From Octopus bimaculoides (Eukaryota), in assembly GCF_001194135.2 (NCBI RefSeq), contig NC_068990.1, positions 83,164,555-83,207,052 of the forward strand: a DNA stretch of 42,498 nt, given 5' to 3'. Shown here in pieces: positions 35,789-42,498 of this stretch. The translations under genes and the position numbers were made by a program. The notes under the pieces are model-generated. The model did no database searches, was not told the DNA's origin, and saw only the letters and a program-made list of their open reading frames with translations. How positions within the stretch are numbered: position 1 is the first letter of the stretch; the number at the start of each line of letters is the position of its first letter.

Positions 35789-36076
35789 CCATTGGTCACA
35801 ATGCGCTTTCATTTGTTCCGATTGCGCTATTCTTTTCCACCTTGACCCAAATAGCTTAGCTGTATCGTCTTCCCATCTTCGTGGAAGTCTTCCCAGTGGC
35901 CTTTTTCGATCTTTTGAATACCATTCAGCAACGGCGCGGCTCCGCCTGCTGTTTCTGAAGTTTGTTACATGTCCGGCCCAGTGGAATTTGTGCTTTCGAT
36001 ATTCTACGATTACATCGTTTATTCCGCTCCGTTCCTGAAGTATCTTATTTCGAATGCGCTCTCGTAATGAAATAGC
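35789..36076 (-). mobile_element. RTE-clade LINE ORF C-terminus
   Basis: ISLRERIRNKILQERSGINDVI...KFHWAGHVTN...EWYSKDRKRPLGRLPRRWEDD...RWKRIAQ matches RTE ends (IRNEE..RT / WAGHV / KR..GRP..RW.D). Confidence 0.85.
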
Positions 36077-37646
36077 TGAGTTACTCGACACGGCACGAAA
36101 TGATAAGTTAAATCAGCAAATCGAAACATGGAAGTTTTTTGGGGGTTTTATCAATAAATTATTCAGTAAGAAAATGGAGTCTCAGAAAAAATTGCAACTG
36201 TGGTTGGTGACGAAGCAACACTGAAGCTTCCAAGGAATTTAGGAACTCCTTTGAATAATTAGCAACTAAATTTTGATCGATAACTGTATCAGTAGATTTG
36301 TAAATATAATCACCCTTTGGAATATTTCGAAGCAGATTTTTGTTTCCTTTTTTTTCTTTTGTTTTCTTGTTTGGTTGGTGAATTTAACTTTCACTCTTTT
36401 TTTTCTCTGCCAATATTGCTCTTTCATACAACCAAGTAAAGACTTTTAGCAGTAACTACTGTTATTAGATACTTTGTTTTATTAATTCATTAACACTTCG
36501 AACCACCGTACTGATAGTAAACATAACTTTGTTGTCAGAGTCCGCTAGAACTCTTTTTTCACCAAGCTGTAATAAGTTTTTTCCCGCAAATAGACCAGGA
36601 TCGTGATCACCATAATTTGTTGCTTGCTTGTTAGTCGTAAGCTTCGATGTTTTAACAGTGTGTCACAAACAGGTTGATTTAAATCTTGGTCGAATTTCAT
36701 TAGTTTTTGTTCCCTAAGGTATAACTGATAACATTTGAAATATACACTATTAGCCATAATCATGAATCGCCAATTTCAAAAAATCTGAACAAAATGCAAA
36801 ATAAATAGCAGCATCCATGTTTTTGTAAAGAAATCGTTATTATGAAATTATTCTTAAAGTTCTGTTTTCAAATGGTTGGTTTTCTAAAGCTAATAAACTT
36901 TCTTTCCATGTGTGTGTGTCTGTGTCTGTGTGTGTGTACGTGTGTGTGTGCCCGCATGCGGGTCTGTGTGACTGTATGTATGTATGTATGTATGTATGTA
37001 TGTATGTATGTATGCATGTATGTATGCATGCATGTATGTTTGTATGAATGTATGTATGTATGTATATTCTCCCAAGATAGAATAGTCTGCCATTAAAATA
37101 CCACTTACAGACTGCTTACTGTAAACTGCACCAACTATGCATCTATTCAGGAAACAGCTGTAAGGATCAATCTGCACATCTTTCTCTTCTCTTTCAATTT
37201 CAAATATGACGATTTGCCTTAACCTGCTATGTAACATCAATACTTCGGACTTACCTTATAACTTAATCCCTGAGAATACCAGCATATACCACAACCACTT
37301 TGAACGTTCCCGAATTGAACTTTTATTGATCTCTTATGATTTAGAATCCTTAAAAGATCCGTTACTCCCCATGTTTTCTATGAATATGTAAATATATAAA
37401 TGTCATGATCAGGCCCAATACCAGTTGTTTACTTGTCTATACTTTTATGCTATTATAGACAGACAGGCGGGCAAACGCACAGACAAGCAGGCAGACAGAC
37501 ACAGACAGACTAAGTCTACCGCGAAAAATTTCTCTAAAAGTGTTTCGTAATTTCACAGCCAAAACAATTCACTTATATCCCGATACCCAAGTATGTTTTT
37601 TTCCGGAGATGAGACCCGAAATTCATCAATGTTTCTATCGTCTTCT

Positions 37647-38020
37647 TTTAATTGTTTCAGTTATTTGACTGAAGCCATGCTGGGGCACCGCCTTGAAGGA
37701 CTTTTTTAGTCAAATAAATCGACTTCTGTACTTTTCTTTTTATTGTTAAGTCTAGTATTTATTCTAGCAGAGTCTTTTGCAAAACTACTGTGTTTCGGGG
37801 ACAGACAAGCAACGATTATCAAACGATGATGGAGGACAATCACAGACGTAAACACACACACACACACACACACACATATATGCATATGAATACACGGTGA
37901 GATTCCTCACAGTTTCCCTCTTTCAAATTCATTCACTAGTCATTGATCGGCTTTGGGTTATATTAAAAGTCGTCTTTCGTCCACTGTACCGCGCAGTGGG
38001 AATGAACTCAGAACCACTTA
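37647..38020 (-). mobile_element. Diverged SINE B
   Basis: Tail (TTTGACTG..GCCATGCTGGGGCACCGCCTT on plus), internal (CA)n and head remnant GCGCAGTGGGAATGAAC. Confidence 0.75.
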
Positions 38021-38132
38021 TCAAAATGACCTTCTTTACTACAAATCCATGCCTACAACTGTATTTCTTTTTTTTTTTTCCTTTTTTTTCTTTCTATTTC
38101 TTTACACTACTGCCTCACCACACTACACTCTA

Positions 38133-38366
38133 AAGGCGGCGAGCTGGCAGAAACGTTAGCACGCCGGGCGAAATGCTTAGCGGTATTACGTCTGCCGCTA
38201 CGTTCAGAGTTCAAATTCCGCCGAGGTCGACTTTGCCTTTCATCCTTTCGGGGTCGATTAAATAAGTACCAGTTACGCACTGGAGTTGGCATAATCGACT
38301 TAATCCGTTTGTCTGTCCTTGTTTGTCCCCTCTGTGTGTAGCCCCTTGTGGGCAGTAAAGAAATAA
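38133..38366 (+). mobile_element. Young full-length SINE A1 with a perfect 14-bp TSD
   Basis: CACACTACACTCTA at 38119-38132 and 38367-38380. Confidence 0.95.
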
Positions 38367-38687
38367 CACACTACACTCTACTTCAATATTCGCACTTTGT
38401 TCACGTTCACTCACAACGCACGAAATTACATTATTTCAAGCAGAATATCTAATATGTCAAATCCAATAAGCTGGTGCACTCATGGGACCGACTTCTGTGT
38501 TTGTTCGACCTGTCAAAAATAGCAGTCAAATCCCTCTTAAATAAAATTCAAAATTTTACATACACAAAGGTTCGACAAAATAAATTCCACTCAAAAACTT
38601 GGGTCGATTTAATCGACTAAAACCACCACCACAACCCCTAAAACTGGCATTATGTCTAAATTACAAACAGGTTGTCATAATAATCCA

Positions 38688-39080
38688 GCAAGCTGGCAGA
38701 ATCGTTAGCATGCCGGACAAAACGCTTCCCGGAATTTCTTCCGACCTTATGTTCTAAGTTCAAATCCCACAGAAATCGACTTTGCCTTCTATCTTTTCGA
38801 GGGTCGATAAAATAAGTACAAAGTGAGTATTCAGCTTAAAGACTGAAACAAATAAAATATATAAATATATATATTTCCAGCACTTTACGTTCTGAGTTCA
38901 AATCTCAACGAGATCAACATTGCCATTCAGCCCTCCGGCTTCGGTTAAAATATAGTAACAGGCTGATAATGGGGTCGAAGTACTTGTTAGACCCACGTCT
39001 CAAAAGTGCTGATTTTTATGCCTTAATTAGAAGCTTTTTCAAGGCAGCGAGTTGTCAGAATCGTTAGAGCAACGGATAAA
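38688..39080 (+). mobile_element. Cluster of diverged or partial SINE A copies
   Basis: Pieces at about 38688-38822, 38882-39035 and 39043-39080 carry the GCTGGCAGAATCGTTAG or GAGTTCAAAT motifs. Confidence 0.6.
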
Positions 39081-39308
39081 ATTACCATTGTCCTGCATTG
39101 ATAAAATGACAATACGGACGACAGAAGTGAATGCAGAATTACCTCATTTTTAATTATCGTCTGATCGCTAAATTTACATCAAGTTTTCATCTTAACAAAT
39201 TGGAATGTCTATTTTTTCACTTCTTCTTGAAGGAAGCATTCTACTCACCTTGCTGCTTTTTTTCTGCCACCGATATTCTCTTTACAGTGTTTTAGAATGC
39301 CGTTGTTG

Positions 39309-39339
<31 letters not shown>

Positions 39340-39499
39340 AGAAGCTCTGAGGCATTTGCAGAGATTCCGTGATAGCTGTGAACACTGTTTAACATACCTG
39401 ATAGTGTTAATGCTATCGTGAGGCATTGCTAGTTCACAATAAACTCTTCAGGCACGAAAATTCCCGTCTGAGATGTACACAAATAGAAAAAAAAAAAAA

Positions 39500-39690
39500 A
39501 CGTTTTAGAAATCATAGATCTAGTTGGCTTTAATACTGTAGTGTTTTATTGAAATGTCTTTTGACACAACGTTGCTGAGAAGAGGAGCGAACGCAATTTT
39601 AGCCTTTTCAGCACAAAACGTGAATACAGCTTCCCAATTAAAGATGCATTACATTCGGTTCAATAAAGGTTCAAAAATTCTGCAGCTGGT
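39500..39690 (-). mobile_element. Possible hAT transposase C-terminal (dimerisation) remnant
   Basis: LLFSATLCQKTF..IKAN* weakly resembles LLPF.TTYLCE.GFS...KTK.RN. Confidence 0.25.
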
Positions 39691-40049
39691 CTTTCTAGCT
39701 GAAAGATAGGTTTGTGCGTTATATTCGGTTCTTAATCTATACGATATTTTACGTTTACATACAAAAACAGTCACATACACACACAAATACACTTGCACAC
39801 ACATTTATTAATACACAAATCCAAATACCCGTTCAGTTTTATACGCTTTATATACGCACAATCAATATATCATTCATGTCTACACATACCTATATACAAC
39901 ATTATATGGTTTAAATTGCATTAATGTGCTAACAACAGCGAAAAAATCAATTAGAAGGATGTATAGAAATCTAACACATATACAGCGTATAAATGTATTT
40001 TATTCTTAGATACAACAACTATAATAAACATTGACCAAGTACAAAGGTA

Positions 40050-40720
40050 TTAAATATGTATCTGTACGTGTGTATGTGAGTGTGTGTTCATTCACACACA
40101 CAAACGCACACATACACTCATTCACACACACACGCACTCATACATGCACATACATGCACATACATATATGTATGTGAATGTTTACAAATTTATTACATAT
40201 ATATTACATGTATGTATGTATGTATGTATGTATGTATGTATGTATGTATGTATGTGGGAAGGTAAGTAAGTTGGTTGATAGGTAGGTAGGTTGGCAGGTA
40301 GGTAAGTTGGTGTTTAGGTAAGTATATATCATACACACACTCGTACACACACATATATATATACATATATATATATACATACATACATACATACATACAT
40401 ACATACATACATACATACATACATAAATATTTTCAATATTGTAATGTATATATGCGCACAAATATACTACCAATATGTGTGTGTTTGTGTGTGAGTTTGT
40501 GTTTGTGTGTGAGTTTCTGTGTGTGTGTGTGATTGTGTGTGTGTGTGTGTATACATACATGTGTACATACATGCAAGCATGCACACATACATACACGCAC
40601 ACAAACATACATACATACATACATATATACATAAGCACACGTACATACATACATACATACATACATACATACATACATACATACATACATACATACATAC
40701 ACACATACATACGCACAAAG
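40050..40720. repeat. Compound (CA)/(TATG)/(CATA)/(TG) microsatellite block, one of many in the window (e.g. 7970-8420, 22885-23200, 23690-23890, 26125-26295, 27600-27920, 30560-30790, 35510-35745)
   Basis: Directly visible. These are the source of the MYVC/HTHT/YIYI ORFs. Confidence 0.95.
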
Positions 40721-41433
40721 TCAAATTGATTGCAATTTTCAATTCGCTTTTATAATTCACTGAAGTAAGCATTAAAGAAGAAAAGGTCTTTTTATTAAAA
40801 CAAAAGCCATGAAAATTTAGTTTATTAGAACGTTATACTAAGTATGAAATGAAACTTCCTATTCTTTGTATCATAACTTCCATACAATATTCTAAATTAT
40901 GAACGTAACTGTGAAGTTCAACTTCGATATAAATTCATCATTTTCTTTTTTCAGAACTTTCCTGAACTCTGGCTTAAGTATAGCTAACAACATGTCGGAG
41001 TTTTGCAAAGTTTCATTGCAGAATCCTTATATCAAGTTAGTGAGATGCTTCCATGCCAAAATATATTTTAACTTTGTAATCTTTCAATATATATTATTCT
41101 TTAACTGTTAAAAGAATTTCTATAATATTTATGAGACGTTCATCCAGTCGGCCGAACACTTTAAGAACTGTTTCTTCATAATCAAAACCCACAATGCACT
41201 TTTTTTTAAGCATTATAAAAAAGAGAAGAATGCTAGTTGATATTAACTGTAGAGTGGTGGGCACATCGTCTTATAGTACTTAGTTAACTGCCAGTATGAG
41301 AGAAATGTTTGTGTATGTATGTATATATGTATGTATGTACGTATGTATGTATGTATAGATAGATAGATAGATAGATACATACATACATACATACATACAT
41401 ACATACATACATACATACATACATACATAGAAA

Positions 41434-42345
41434 CAGGTGTAAGTCAAAAATTATACGCGCTCTTGTCTCTGTAATTTATTAAAACAAAAACTGGGTTCAA
41501 CCAATTACATCATTTTCCGACGTAGTCCTTTTGCTTTTCGTTGCACATCTTCCGGCGTTCACAAGCTTGCTTATTCCAACGAAAAAGATTTTCGGCTGGT
41601 CGCACAGCCATTTGCGATCCATTTCCTGCGCTTATTTGTTTGTAGCCAACCAGTGACCTTATAAAGAATGCTTGGGCACTCTAAAGAGGTGATAGTCAGA
41701 CGGGCGAAATCGGGACTGTATGCAGTGTGTTTTCGCAACTGGAAACCTAATTTTTCAATGGTTTCAGCAGCGTGGGCAGCCGTATACGGGTGTGCATTAT
41801 CGTGCAACAATAATACTTTCCTTAATAATAGACCTCGGCTTTTGGTGCGAATTCGTAGTTTCAGTTTTTGGGACACCATTTCACTGTAGCCTAAACTGGT
41901 GACTATAAACCCCTTCTCCACGTAATGTTCCAGTTTAGGCCCTTTTGCATATACCAAAACGGTTAGCTTCACTTTTTCTGCGGGTGGTCAAGTCTTGAAT
42001 TTCTTTTGCGCTGGCAATTCTAGGTGTCCACGCCATAGCTTTTGGATTCTTGCTCAAAGTGATGGGCACAGGCCTCATCGCCTTTGGTTATTCTCTCCAA
42101 AAGAGCTTTGCCTTTATCGTTTTAGCGGTGAAGTTAACGTTGATAGATCTCCGTACGATTGTATCTATGGTCTTTGGTAAGCTCCCTTGGCACTCATCTC
42201 GTCCCGACTTTAGAGAAACGAAGCTTGTCATGGATCATTTCGGATGCAGAACCATGACTAATTTGCAGAAAACATGCCACCTCAACGGTGGTAACTCGTC
42301 AGCTCGCCAGAATCATCACTCAAGCCTGTTGAATCTTCACTTCAT
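41434..42345 (-). mobile_element. mariner (DD34D) element: most of the transposase pseudogene plus 3' TIR
   Basis: Motifs RVTTVEVA..LQISHGSA..IHDKLRFSKV.TR*VPRELT, RITKGDEA, KVKLTV, LLHDNAHPYTA and HTAYSPDFA/SDYHLF. The terminus CAGGTGTAAGTCAAAAATTATACGC lies at 41434. Multiple stops and frameshifts are present, and the 5' end is lost in a (TATG)n array. Confidence 0.92.
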
Positions 42346-42463
42346 GTATGTATGTATGCATGCTTGTTTGTATGCACTTATGTATGCATGTGTGTATGTG
42401 TGTACTTATGTATGTATGTACGTATGATGCATGTCTGTTTGTATCTATGTATGTATGTATATG

Positions 42464-42498
<35 letters not shown>

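Overview
AT-rich (roughly one-third GC) eukaryotic non-coding DNA from a gappy draft assembly with ten N gaps. It is most likely an Octopus genome; this is inferred from the SINE families and microsatellite load, not confirmed by a search. I found no supportable host protein-coding exon, rRNA, true tRNA gene or CRISPR array, and most long ORFs in the track are translations of microsatellites or gaps. The window is largely a deposit of dead transposons: three abundant tRNA-headed SINE families (here A, B, C), several IS630-Tc1-mariner/pogo remnants, a hAT-type MITE, Ty3/Gypsy gag, integrase and LTR fragments, and CR1, RTE, R4/Dong-type and CRE-type LINE remnants. The most unusual element is a fourth tRNA-headed one that carries a Penelope-type minimal hammerhead-ribozyme motif. 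One copy (21564-21916) has an inverted duplicated 3' end and a perfect 14-bp target-site duplication. Family assignments come from my own translation and motif recall, not from database searches.
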